Below, piece by piece: positions 26,581 to 38,659 of a DNA stretch of 64,000 nucleotides (position 1 is its first letter; every line of letters starts with the position of its first letter). The notes under the pieces were generated by a model that worked only from the letters and a program-made list of their open reading frames with translations, did no database searches and was not told the DNA's origin. The position numbers were made by a program, and so were the translations under genes. The DNA comes from Tubulanus polymorphus (lineage: Eukaryota > Animalia > Nemertea). The stretch covers positions 1 through 64,000 of the forward strand of contig NW_027437431.1 of assembly GCF_964204645.1 (NCBI RefSeq), given 5' to 3'.

Positions 26581-28173
26581 AACATTCCATATCAATTCCA
26601 ACCCTTTTTCCCTCCTAATGACAAAATAGCAGCTGTGTCAGCTAGTCAGCAATGGCATAAGCCGAAAAACTGTAAATATATGTAATTCAACATTAAAGCC
26701 TACTGGAGGAGAGAAAAAACAACAGGTAATCTTAATTCGACTTGAGATGTGTTCTACCTATAACAGTGCTAACAATCATTATTGAATATAAATACCGGTA
26801 CAAAAACCAAAATCCTACTGTGATATTTCCTCACAAACCTTTTCCCATCTATGAACAAATAATTTGACCAAAACAGACAATAAAGGTCCAATGGCCCTGT
26901 GGCTCACCATCAAATCATAGAGTGTATATTGTCAAAATTATTACACTAACTATGAATTAATTTGGATTGCAATCGAATGTAGGATAGATTACCGAATTAA
27001 AACCATCAACTGACGACGATATGCTGAACAAACTCTTCAAACAACAATCTTTTATTCTTAATCTAATCACTTCATTAATTCTTAGCCCCTTATTACACGA
27101 TTAATACATACTAAGATATTATTATACTCGCAATTTCCAGATTTTATTATCCTTGAATTAAATCAAAATACACGCCCAACGCACGACTTCTCCCAGTCTC
27201 ATATGAGTTTGTTTTTAACAGCACACGTGTGATAACTATGCTGTACGTTCTCTACTGATCGCTCCACACGGATTTCCGTAGTACGATAGCTGTATATATA
27301 AGGGTATAATGTGTGCAGACTAGCTCCCACCTCTAAATCAGTTGAAAAAACTGACTGTTGATTAGATGAAAAGCTGAGAGCATTCCACTGCCCGCTATTG
27401 TCTACAGACTATTCAGTCCATTATTAATTTATTACCGCTCACAATTCTACCTAAGAACGTACTAAAATTGAATAGATTAGAGCAGTAACACGGTTCACAA
27501 AAATCCTGGTTAGCAGGTCTTTTAAGGCATTGACAAGACAAATCTAAGCCAAAACTCCATTGGCATCGCCATACTTGCTATTTGGATACTGAATTGAATA
27601 GCCTACTTGTTTATAATCGTAACACCGAACAAATTATAAGCTAACATACGATACCTAGTCGAATGAAATGCTCGCCATTGGGTTTTCCCAATAGGCTTTC
27701 CCAATTACATCAGAAGTTCCTGGAATTTCCTGTATATCTAACAAACAGCCAATCACATTCAATGTACCTCAGGTAACAAGGTCAACTCGGATGAATAGAA
27801 GCGAGAAAATTTAGGGGGTTTATAAAGTGAGGGCCTATAGGTCGAAAAGTACATCCAGATGAGTCGCACAAAAAACGGCAACATTTCCAGTAAGGATTGA
27901 ACTTTTATATATTTCAATTCCAAGTATGCAAATTCTCATATGTGAAAACGTGCCATTACTTAGTGCTAAAAAGCAGGGTTTTTACATGTTTATCAAGAAT
28001 AAGTCCCCTAAAAATAACTCAATCACTATGAAATTTTTGTGGGCTCAAGAACTCATTAAGCCAAACCATGACACCAAAAATCAACACTATTCGTTCAACA
28101 GCCATGTTTGTGCCTTGTTGAATCACCGATACTCTATTCATTTTCGATGAAAACTGCTTCACCAGATCGTTTG

Positions 28174-28539
28174 CATAGGCAAACCTCATCCTCCCCCGGC
28201 AGGGATTCGAACCTGATGGCATCGAGATTGCCACGGCACGAAACCCTGCCATAATCGACTGTGTGCGCAGATACATGCGCAGTTCAGATGATGTGATTTT
28301 TAGCCAATCAGAAATCCCGTTTTATTTTAGCCCGGGTTTTCCCATTTATAGTTCTTCCTTGAAATTTGCCTCAACGATTATACAACAAGCAATCTGATTG
28401 GTGCCGCCAGTTTTCGTTCGGAAAGCTGCGCATGTACCTGCGCACCCGGTCTACTGATGCAGGGGTTCGTGCCGTGGCTGAGTGTAGCGATGCCATCAGG
28501 TTCGAGTCCCTGCAGAAGGAGGATGAGGCAAACCTATGG
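28174..28539. repeat. Diverged inverted pair of tRNA/Pol III-like units
   Basis: Two roughly 115-bp divergently oriented arms, each with a B-box (GGTTCGA(A/G)TCC). Inverted CCAAT boxes lie between them. Confidence 0.5.
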
Positions 28540-28799
28540 TTCGCCAAAAAGTGATCGCAATAGTCATATGGGGCTTGAGTTCTACTTTAAGAATTTATGT
28601 TAAGAATCTAGCTTAAAACCGATTAAAACAATGTGACATTTGACCCTTAGAGGCTAGTTTGTGTTGCCGTGCAACTGAAACTGGCAGTGTCCTGAAGTGT
28701 TGATCGACTATCAGCTACTGTAGGCAGGTAGAATATTTTGTTATCATTGCTAATTATCGAATTGACTTGACACCAAACTACAATGTTTTGTGGAGTTAA

Positions 28800-29546
28800 C
28801 CCTTTGGTGCCTTGAGATGCTGGAAGCGAATGTCCAAACGACGAATCGTGCATGAAAAAATCTTTTTAGTGTCCAAGCGAAGATAGTTATGAGGACTGGA
28901 CATTCTGAAGGGGCAGGTGATAGCGACTTAGGTGACTATTCTAATCAAAATAACACTGGAAATGGCTCTGAATGAGACTATCATGAACACTGATACCGAA
29001 AATGAGGATAATAGCGATGCTGGGGGGTAGCAACACTGACAGTGACCTTGATTTACCCCCTCATCCCGAGGAAGTGATAATGATAATAAGGATGATATAA
29101 TTTACCACCATTGTGATGAGCGACAAAAGCTGGGAGAGCTGATCAGAGAGAAAGTAGCATAGACAACTAAGGAACATTTTTTAAGTTGTAATAGCATACA
29201 TTTATTATTTAGCTGAAATGAATAAAGCTTGTTGGTAACTGCAAGTGATTGTTCTAATAAAGGTAAGATACTTTTCAAAGAAAAAGTTCTGTTTTCAGAA
29301 TTAAACCCAAAAATTTTTTTGGGTGTTTAAAATTTTCCAGCAGCCCCCCAGATGTATAATTTTGGACAGTGGATTCTAATTCTGCTAGAAGATACCTTTT
29401 ACCTGATACTTGGTTGAATACTGTAGCGCCAAAAATAAAAAAGTAATAGCAATTTCATTATCAGCTGTTTTTGTCTTTCATAAAAACAAAAGAAATGCTC
29501 AGGCAGATTAATAGCTTTACCGGTTGAAAGCTCAGGCACCAAAGGG
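28800..29546 (+). mobile_element. Non-autonomous piggyBac element
   Basis: TTAA|CCCTTTGGTGCC...GGCACCAAAGGG|TTAA, with a decayed acidic Asp/Ser-rich transposase-like N-terminus inside. Confidence 0.75.
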
Positions 29547-30289
29547 TTAACATTCTCTACTACATATCTATGGAACACATGTAATGAAAAAACATCGCAT
29601 GTATTCCACTGTGGTATTTTTAGTTACACACTATGTTAAAATTGCTATTACCCCCCGGTATGCACCGAATGAATACTTGCTACAATGTAGCTTATTTTAC
29701 AATGTGCCCAATGAATTCGCCAAGAAGCAGCTTGTTTGCTGCACTTTGCTTATTTGTAATATAGTTCAAAATCATGTCAAGAGATGGAAGGGCCGTATTT
29801 AGCAGGGGGCAGGGACAATTGCCCCCAAGAAATTTTGGAAAAATGCTCATTTATTGTTATATCCTATAGAACTGCCCTTTTATGGATTCTTCTGCTCTCT
29901 AAAATTCAAATCTTAGGTACAGCTATGGCGCACTAACAAGATGTCTTTTGAACTAGATTGAATTGAATATGATTAATCAGACGCTGATAATTACAGGCAA
30001 AAAGATAATGATTCAAGGTAGGTCAGCATGATTTTCAAGTTGTGACCAGTTAAGTTGAATCAAGGCATGTCACACAGAGACATAAACCAGCCTCTATATA
30101 CAATCATGGATGTATATACATCCATGATACAACAGACAAGATAATGGTCCTGGCATGATGTGCACGATATACATAGAATTAAAAACCATTCCAACATGAA
30201 ATATAAAGTAATGATACGTATTTACAAATTGCTGTTATTACCAGGATAAGTGCTAGTAACTATCAAGTAGTACAACATTATTTACCGCT

Positions 30290-30765
30290 TTAGATGACCA
30301 TACATAAACGGATTTGCTTCTTTTCTAGTTTATCAACCAAATTGGCAATTCGACATACTTTGATGCTATCAGCATTTCCCAGGCTGAAAACTCTGAGTAA
30401 ATCATAATGATCACGCAGTTCATTTGCGCAGCTGATTTGCTGGATGGATATTTCAAGCACTTCTTTTGAATCTGAGACGGTAGCCTTCACTTCGATGTAT
30501 TGTAACTGTTCATCACCATTGACATCTTTGAGAGAGAGCACAAAATCATAAGGATGTCCTATTTCATCTTGTTCGTTCAACCAGGTAACTTCGAGAATTT
30601 TTTTATCATTATAAGTATCCAAGCTCTTCAGGTACTGATGCACAAGTCTTTCCCCAAGATTTCCGATTTCCGGTTGGTCAGCTGCTTTATCGAACACGAC
30701 CTGTTCTGGAATGTTTGGAATGTGTAATTCTTCGAATAGAGTCTCATCTCGGATTTCATAATGAT
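30290..30765 (-). CDS. Terminal coding exon of a host gene with a DUF3883 / NO VEIN C-terminal-like PD-(D/E)xK domain
   Basis: GNLGERLVHQYL...WLNEQDEIGHPYDF...YIEVKAT...EISIQQ. Splice acceptor TTTTCAG immediately upstream of 30765. Intact frame to TAA. Confidence 0.75.
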
Positions 30766-31129
30766 CTGAAAATAGTTCAGTGAAAATTTACAATAAATCC
30801 ACTCTAATCATCATCGATGCATGCAACCTCGTCAGAGAATCACATTTTTTTTCTTAACCCATTTACACTCAAGCCGCCCGTAGCCACCCTGCCTATTACT
30901 CCTTAAGCCGCCCGCATCCGCCCGCCACTTTTTTCGTATGCTGCACAAAAACAGTTATAGTGGGATTTGAACCCAATGGCTTATGATAAACGAGACACCC
31001 AAGTCCTCAAAATACCATACAGAAATCAACATCCTTCCATCATTTTTCGAGTATTTGGAGTATGAACATGACAGATCTGAGCGCTCACTTCAAATCCAAG
31101 TAAGTTTGGATGAATTTTGGGGGCACAAT

Positions 31130-33315
31130 TTTGGTGGTTTACCACAATCATAGAACATGTCAGCAGCTATGATTTTGTAATTGATTGTGAAAACGTTACC
31201 TCGTTACCAATTTAATATGGAAATACTAAGTATTCTACTATTCCAACGCCCCCTGGTGACCATATTCAAAACCCAATGACCTTAAAACTCATCATAATCA
31301 TAGAACATGTCATAAACTACAACTTTGCAATTGATCATGATAACAAAATATGTCTCGTTACCAATTTAATATGGAAATACTAAGTATTCTACTATTCAAT
31401 GCCCCCTGGTGACCATATTCAAAACCCAATAACCTTAAAACTCACCATAATCATAGAAAATGTCATAAACTACATCTTTGCAATTGATCAAGGTAACAAA
31501 ATATGCCTAGGTACCAATCTAATAAGGAAATACTAGGTTATTCTACTATTCAACGCCCCCTGGTGACCATATAGAATAACTAATGTCCTTAAAACTCACC
31601 ACAATCATAGATGATGTCATGAGCAACAACTTTGCAATTAATTATGGTAACAAAATATGCTTAGGTATCAATATAATGTGGAAAAACATTTTCCCACCTA
31701 CCAATGAGTACTGATGATACCAAGATGGCCGCCAATTGCGTCACAAATGGCCGATCAAAAATACCTGGCTCAGGTATAAAACAACCCTTTCCAAGGAATA
31801 CCCATCAAAAATTGCAATGAGAAATGGCAAACCAGTAGGAAGCTACAGGACTCAGAATTTGGGCCAAAATTGACATTTTTGGGCACTAAAAAGGTCATAG
31901 GACGGCCATCTTGAGTCCGATCGACCCAATTTTTCTTATGGTGATGGGCCCTGGGGGGATTCAAATATATATGAAAGATCAAGGTAATTGATTTAAGCGT
32001 CTTCAAAATTTCCCTCAAAAAGTGTAAAAAGTGCTGATTTTGACGAACAACAATGGCTGCCAGTCGGCCATCTTGAATCTGAGAGGGCCAGTTTTTGGGG
32101 TGAAGATGTGTCTAGGGTAGACACATGTATAAACCAAATATCAAGACATTACCTTGAAGCGTCTTCAAAACTTCCCAAAATAACTAGATTCCGTCTACGG
32201 ACGGACGAAAAGTGAACGCAATAGCCCGCTGGGACTAAAGTCCCAAGTGGGCTAAAAACCAATGACCTTGAAACTAACCACAATCATAGAACATTTCAGC
32301 AGCTACAATTTTGTAATCGATTGTGATAACAAAATATACCTCGTTACCAATTTAATATGGACATACTAAGTTATTCTACTATTCAATGCCCCTGGTGACC
32401 ATATTCAAAACCCAATGTCTTTGAAACTCACCACAATCATTGAATATGTTATGAGCTACAACTTTGCAATCGGTCATGGTAACAAAATATGCCTAGGTAC
32501 CAATATGATTAGGAAATACTAAGTTATTCTACTATTCAACGCCCCCTAGTGACCATATGGAATAACTAATGTCCTTGAAACTCACCACAATCATAGAGGA
32601 TGTCATGAGCTACAACTTTGCAATTGATTGTGGTAACAAAATATGCATTGGTACAAATATAATATAGAAATACTAAGATATTAACGCCAATGACCTTGAA
32701 ACTCACCACAATCATAGAACACTTTATAAGCTACAACTTTCTAATTCATTGTGGTCACAAAATATGCTTAGGAATCAATATAATGCCGAAAAACTTTTTC
32801 CCACCTACGAATGAGTACTGATGACACCAAGATGGCCGCCAATTGCGTCATAATTGGCTGATCAAAAATACCTGTCCCGGGTATAAAACATCCCTCTCCA
32901 AAGAAAACCCATCGCAAATTGCAATGAGAAATAGTAAACCAGTAGGAAGCTAAGGGACTCAGAATTCGGGCCAAAATTGACACTTTTGGGCACTAAATAG
33001 GTCATAGGATGGCCATCTTGAGGCTTATTGACCCAAGTTTTCTTATGCTAATGGGCCCTTGGGGGATTCAAATACATATGAAAGATCAAGGTAATTGATC
33101 AAAGCGTCTTCAAAATTTCCCTCAAAAAGTTCAAAAACGTGTAAAAAGTGCTAATTTTGGCGAACAACGATGTCTGCCAGTCGGCCATCTTGATTCTGAC
33201 AGGGCCAGTTTTTGGGCTGAAGATGTGTCTAGGGTAGATACATGTGTAACCCAAATATCAAGACATTTTATTAAAGCGTCTTCAAAACTTCTCAAAATAA
33301 CTGGATTCCGTTTAC
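31130..33315 (+). repeat. Two tandem non-autonomous Helentron-like (HINE/DINE-1-type) units with internal ~120-bp satellite arrays
   Basis: ~120-bp monomers (CTCACCACAATCATAGAACATGTC...CCCCTGGTGACCATAT) and a duplicated unique segment (about 31690-32200 vs 32790-33315). The first unit ends with ACGGACGGACG, a GGGACTAAAGTCCC hairpin and GCTAAAAA. Confidence 0.6.
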
Positions 33316-33658
33316 GCTCCTTGCCACTACGAGATATCTCGTAGTAAGCCCGGAGTGAATGAATTCATTTTTTTTCTGTTTGGCAATGTGGATAACAACA
33401 TAAATCGAAGTCTGGCAACTCAGATAAACAAGTAATTTTAAAAAAATCAATAACTAACTTTTTTTATCAATTCTTTATTTATTTATGAACATCTAAAAAA
33501 TCAAATTATATTACGTGCTTATTTTCACATCAAAGTTTATAAGGCATCAAACGCTTATCAAATACCTTTCCTAATTGGAAAGAAATGATTCACCTCACTG
33601 TGAATCGATAATAAACATAGTACGATAGAAATTATAGCATTGTTGTCATGGCATTTCT

Positions 33659-34243
33659 TTAGTTTTGTACATGGTATCTCCTGAAACAAGGGGTTACACA
33701 TAATGCTGGTTTTCCAGGACAGACATCACAAACGTAACGTGTTTCTTTGCGGTTACCATCTCTTCTGCAAATGCGACATGGCTTTGTGGGGTATTGCTTT
33801 CTATCTGATGGGGGAACACATGAAGATAGTGAAATGCTGCTGGAACATCTGGGTTTAGGGGAGGGGGAACTAATGCAACTGGTGCCAAGGCGGGGGATGT
33901 CGCCAAGCAAATGTTTGACGATGGCTTCACGGAAAGCTAATATCTGAATTGAGTCATTTGCATCATTGTACATCATATGTGCATTGACAATGCTCATTTC
34001 TAGTATGTGCAAGCCAATCTTTTAACCAACTACAAGTCTCGTAGCTGGCAACTGGTATAAAACGTTTACCCCCACTGCCAACTACGAGACTCGATTCAAC
34101 TCTGTTTTCACCATATAATAGGTGTAATACATGCATTAAATGCAATAAAAATCAATATATGTGGTTTCCGCCTGCTTTTCGTTGATTGGTGAAATTGGCA
34201 ATGTTGAGAAAAAAAAATTTTTTGAGTGGCAGTCAACGTGTTA
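33659..34243 (-). pseudogene. piggyBac transposase C-terminal fragment with an element end
   Basis: HILEMSIVNAHMMY...FREAIVKHLL and the cysteine-rich domain CRIC...ETRYVCDVCPGKPALCVTPCFRRYH. Terminus GGCAGTCAACGTG|TTAA at 34243. Confidence 0.75.
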
Positions 34244-34437
34244 AGTCCCAAGTGGCTAAAAAAGGCCTTACCATTTGCAATGTATATTTACATTGCAAAT
34301 AATGACCTTCCCTCGCCATGCATTACGTCGCAAATATGTGGTTACTACAATAGCGGCTGTGGGGAGTCATTACGCCGCTGGCGTGTAGCCGTTCATCTGG
34401 GCTTGTCCGCTTGAACTTAGTTTCAATTCTCACTCAC

Positions 34438-34531
34438 AGATGGAGGAGGTTTAGTACCTCAAATATTGAATTGATTTCAATTGAATAATGCCATCGGGTT
34501 CAAATCCTGGTGAGGGGTGCTGCATTATCTA
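34438..34531 (-). CDS. Candidate internal exon of the DUF3883 host gene
   Basis: CTACAG acceptor and GTGAGT donor on the minus strand. Confidence 0.35.
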
Positions 34532-34672
34532 CTGTAGTGAAGAAGTTAACCCATTGGGTATTCTAACAGAGAACAGACGTACTTTAAATCTGAGGGTAGA
34601 GATTTGAGGAATTTGATTTGACGGCGTATTTGTTGTACGAGAAGAATATTACAATTCTCTATAATATCTTAC

Positions 34673-34826
34673 CAAAATTGAGCCTGAATTTTCGAACGCT
34701 TTGTGGGGTTTTATCATAATCGACCAATTCTGAGGATTTCATGTGTTCCCAGGGGTGTTCTCGACTCGTGTCCATTGCCAAATCTGAATGATTGTTGGTT
34801 GTGGTACTCTGAACAGAGTAACCACT
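34673..34826 (-). CDS. Candidate internal exon of the DUF3883 host gene
   Basis: TTTTTTCAG acceptor and GTAAGA donor. Open frame SGYSVQSTTT...RKFRLNF. Confidence 0.45.
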
Positions 34827-35185
34827 CTGAAAAAAGATCAAGATATCCACATATAAATAAAGTGTTTGGTTTCTATATCTACTGTACTGTAACCTATCAT
34901 AATAGATTATTGTAAATTACATATACCCATTAAGATTATCGCTTTACGAAGCAAAAGCCTAAGAAAGTACAAGTCTTAGACATGTTCTAGATATGTTTCT
35001 GATACAATATTCCCTGAATGAAGTGTATATTGATATTCGAAGGAGGAATTCCTGCCACTCTTAATTCAGGAAATTACTACACTAGTTTACAATATTTATT
35101 TTGACAATGATAGAAATATGTAAATGATAAAGAATACAAGCCCAAATGAAATCCTAAATTCACTGAGACGCTAGAATTCACTTAC

Positions 35186-35313
35186 TAATTCTGCACTATC
35201 AGCTGATCTTGGTCGTTTAGCCGGACGATCAATGTCTGTTCTGTCATTGTCCCGTTTAATTGAACCAGCAACTGCACTGCTACTGCTATCCTGTGCTGAG
35301 CTTATCATTTCGC
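35186..35313 (-). CDS. Candidate internal exon of the DUF3883 host gene
   Basis: CTTTCAG acceptor and GTAAGT donor on the minus strand. Confidence 0.4.
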
Positions 35314-36079
35314 CTGAAAGTACATAGGTCATCTATGATAGAAATGCAAAAGCAGCCAAAATCATCACAATCTATTCATAATTAGGCACCCAGGGATAGA
35401 AAGCCCACTTGGTGAAATGCAATACAAAATAAACAGTGCTGTATCAAACTAATATTTGATCTCTAGATTTTCAGAGTGGAAATCGTCGTATTTGACCTCA
35501 ACGCGAGGTTCGAAATCATTCTCATCTGTGAGAAGCGTTACGGTCGTTCACGTCAGAGTGGAGAACAATGCGATAGACCTCGATGTGAGGTTTGTAACCT
35601 TACTCGCCGGTATGAGAATCATCGGACTTAGCCTCAGCGTGAGGACCGTGACTTTTCTCGTCCGTGAGAAGGTCGTGTCGACCTCAGCATGAGGTTCGTA
35701 ACCATTCTCATTCTAACTCAATTCACATTTATGGCCCCATGCTGTGGAATATGACCCGATGAAATTTCTCAATGTCATATAATCTCAATGAAATTTCATT
35801 GATGTCAAATGCCATTTGAGATTGTCAAATAAATCTAAGAAAGCACAAAACTGTAGTTCAACCGTTTTCATGAGTTATTTAGAACCTAGCAGGAAATTGT
35901 ATCAGCTACTTTTCATGTATGGTTGAAGCCTGCTATGATAGTTGACAGCTGAGAAATTTGGCAATAGCTTTTTCTTGCTTCTGTATTTTCTTCTTCTTGG
36001 GATAATGATAGGAAATTACCGACTGGAAACCGCCCATGAAATATTACAATTTTTGTAGCTAAAATTTGTATTTCCGAGT

Positions 36080-37320
36080 AGTACTTACCCCTTCCTATGG
36101 TGGGAATGATGGGAAATACAAAAGAATTCTGGGGTTGTCGCATAGAAGGTTGAGAAGTGGTAGGAACCATTTCTGAGCTGGCTAATATGGAGCTACCAGA
36201 ACTATGTTGCAATTGACTGATCTCTCTACTTGATCCAGCAGGCACCGGAGGACTGGTGTGGGAGGGAACGCACATGTATGCATCCCTGACCAGTCCAGAG
36301 AGAAGGCATCGACCCCCATGCTTCCACGTCTGAAAACGGGAAATGAACAGCGGACACCTCCGATTGAACTGGGTGGCAAACAGATCCAGCAGAGGATTGC
36401 CGAACATGTCTCGAACCCGATTGGCCACTTTTTTGGTGGTGGACCCATTCTGTCGCAATAGCTTGACCTTGACAAGAAAAAGCATCGGCCATCATGTTCC
36501 TTTTCCCTGCTAGATGTGCCACAGTCAGGGAAACGCCCTTTGTCTGGCAAAGAAGAATTTAGGCTGACAGGTCCATGTGGGTTTCTGAGTGAGCGCCCCC
36601 TTGATTCTGAAGGTAGGCCTTCACTGTTCAGTTGTCCGTGGCTAACCAAAGGTGGTGGCCCTCCACTCTCCTGTGAAAGAACTTCAGAGCCTTCAACACG
36701 GCCAGAAGTTCCAGGAAATTTATGTGGTTGGTGGCCTCTTAGCGAGACCACTTTCTGGCCTTGACTTCGTTCTCCAGATGCGTCCTCGACCCTTGGTGGC
36801 TGGGATCCGTGAATACACGAACAGGAGCCTACGACTAAGATTCATAGTTGCCGCCCACCAACGAAGGTCTGATCTTAGATCCGTTAGAGGTACGGGAATC
36901 AAGGTCTCCCAGCTGCCCTTCGACCGAGACCAGTAGACTTTCCAAAACTGTTGCAAGCGCCTGCTTCTGAGGCGGCGTAAGGGCATCATCAGACCGATGG
37001 AGCTAATGGAGCCTAGAAGCCTTGACCAGTAACGAGCTGTATTCGGGGTTGCGGAAACTCCCGCTACAGCTTCTTGAAGTTTGGCTTGAGCCATGGATGA
37101 AAAGACCTTGCCGATTCGAAGATCGAAGTCCATGCTGAGATACCTGAACTGTTGAGCCGGCGTCAGCTGAGAGTTCCCCGTTTACACAGAACCCTAGCTG
37201 GTGAACTAAGTCCAAGACTGAGGTCATTGCCTCCCGACATTCTTGAGCCGAGTTTTCGACTACTTACCAGTCGTCGAGGTAAATGAACAGTCAAACACCC
37301 CTGGACTGAAGCACCTTCTG
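36080..37320 (-). pseudogene. DIRS retrotransposon RT/RNase H (and downstream MT-like) fragment
   Basis: FIYLDDW, LGFCVN, DLRWW, HKFPG/INFLEL region, HLAGKRNMMADAFS, DLFAT, VDAFSLDWSG..AFPP, VLVAPY. GC-rich and frameshifted. Confidence 0.75.
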
Positions 37321-37328
37321 AAATGACT

Positions 37329-38389
37329 TGTGTGAAGTCAATGTATATGTTATATGTAAAGTTATTTGTTTGTATAAAGTGTAACGGTAGTTGGTCGTTC
37401 TTTTGTTCGTTCTCTTGTCAGTATTCCAGTATTCGGTAGTATTGTGTTGTATTGTTGTTGTTGTCTGGTATTGTTATTTTCCCGCCTCAAAGTTTATTGG
37501 CATATCCGTTTCCGGGTTACTCCCGCATTTTGTGTAATATTTTTGGCACTTGGTCGTTCGAGCTCCTCGGAGTATCAGTGCTTGTCTGTGTGCTTGCTAT
37601 ATTGGAATCTCCCTCAGTCGTCATGTAAGTTTTGTGCAAATTTATATTAATTAATTATTGTAACTGTTTACAACATTTCCTACCCTTATAATATTTGTTT
37701 TTGTAGAAACGTGTAATATTCGTCGTTTGTTTTTTGTCGTCGTAATTTGAAAATAAACGCATCAATGAGAAGTATCGACTGACTTCGTTTGTCATCTGCA
37801 ACACTGTTTATGACGAGGGAGATGGCATCACTTGACGAGAAGGTTAAATCGAGAGCGGGTTTCAAGGCCAACGTCACAAAAAGAAGCAACATCCTTCGGA
37901 AGGCGTTAAAAGAAGGGCTACCGTATGATGATGTAAAGAAATTAATCGACGACGTTACACAATCGTGGGAAAAGTTCGAAAACGCGCACGACGCCGTTCA
38001 TTGTCTGTATATCGAAGATGATGACATTGAAAATTCATATATGTATTTCGATCGGGAAGAGAAAAAGTATCGCGAGTTGCTAGAAAAGGCAACCAAAGTT
38101 CAAAGTCCTGTGGTTTCGGATTCCGTAGCTGCGTCAACAGGTAATAGTGATAGTGATCTTGCTGCGATGGTAAAAAGTCTAAAACGAATGGCTTTACCAC
38201 AACAAGAAGTGCCAATTTTCGGCCATGATCCTATTGAATATTGCTATTTCGTAAAAGCTTTTGAAAATATAATCGAAAGTAAAACCGATTGCAGTAGCCA
38301 AAGGCTGTATTATCTAATGCAATATACGCGCGGTGAGGTGAAAGAGTTAGTGCGAAGCTGCATGGAGCAACCACCAGACATCGGGTACT
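37329..38389 (+). mobile_element. BEL/Pao LTR retrotransposon 5' part (putative LTR plus gag), cut by the viral array
   Basis: Abrupt change from DIRS sequence to a TG-initiated T-rich segment with AATAAA (about 37751), followed by gag. LTR boundaries are approximate. Confidence 0.6.
37810..38389 (+). pseudogene. BEL/Pao gag (DUF1759-like), truncated
   Basis: LPQQEVPIFGHDPIEYCYFVKAFENIIE...QRLYYLMQYTRGEVKELVRSC...GY. The frame is intact up to the junction and then stops in viral sequence at 38424. Confidence 0.8.
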
Positions 38390-38659
38390 CACAGCCCGTG
38401 GTGGTCTGTGACAGTGGAGGTTAGTTAAAGTTCGAGGCGTGTGACTAGTCGGGGGGAATAACATAGGCGGCTACGCCGCGATAGTTAGTCGGCAAGGTCG
38501 GCTGCGCCTCCGGCGGTACAGATTACATCTGAGTGTATTAGTCTACCAACGGAAGCCCAAACCCTAAATAATATTAGTCGGAAAAATCTGAGTTAGAGGG
38601 TCGCAACCGGTTCAAACAATTTAACATCTCATACAGGTGACTCGTACTTTTAGTATCAA

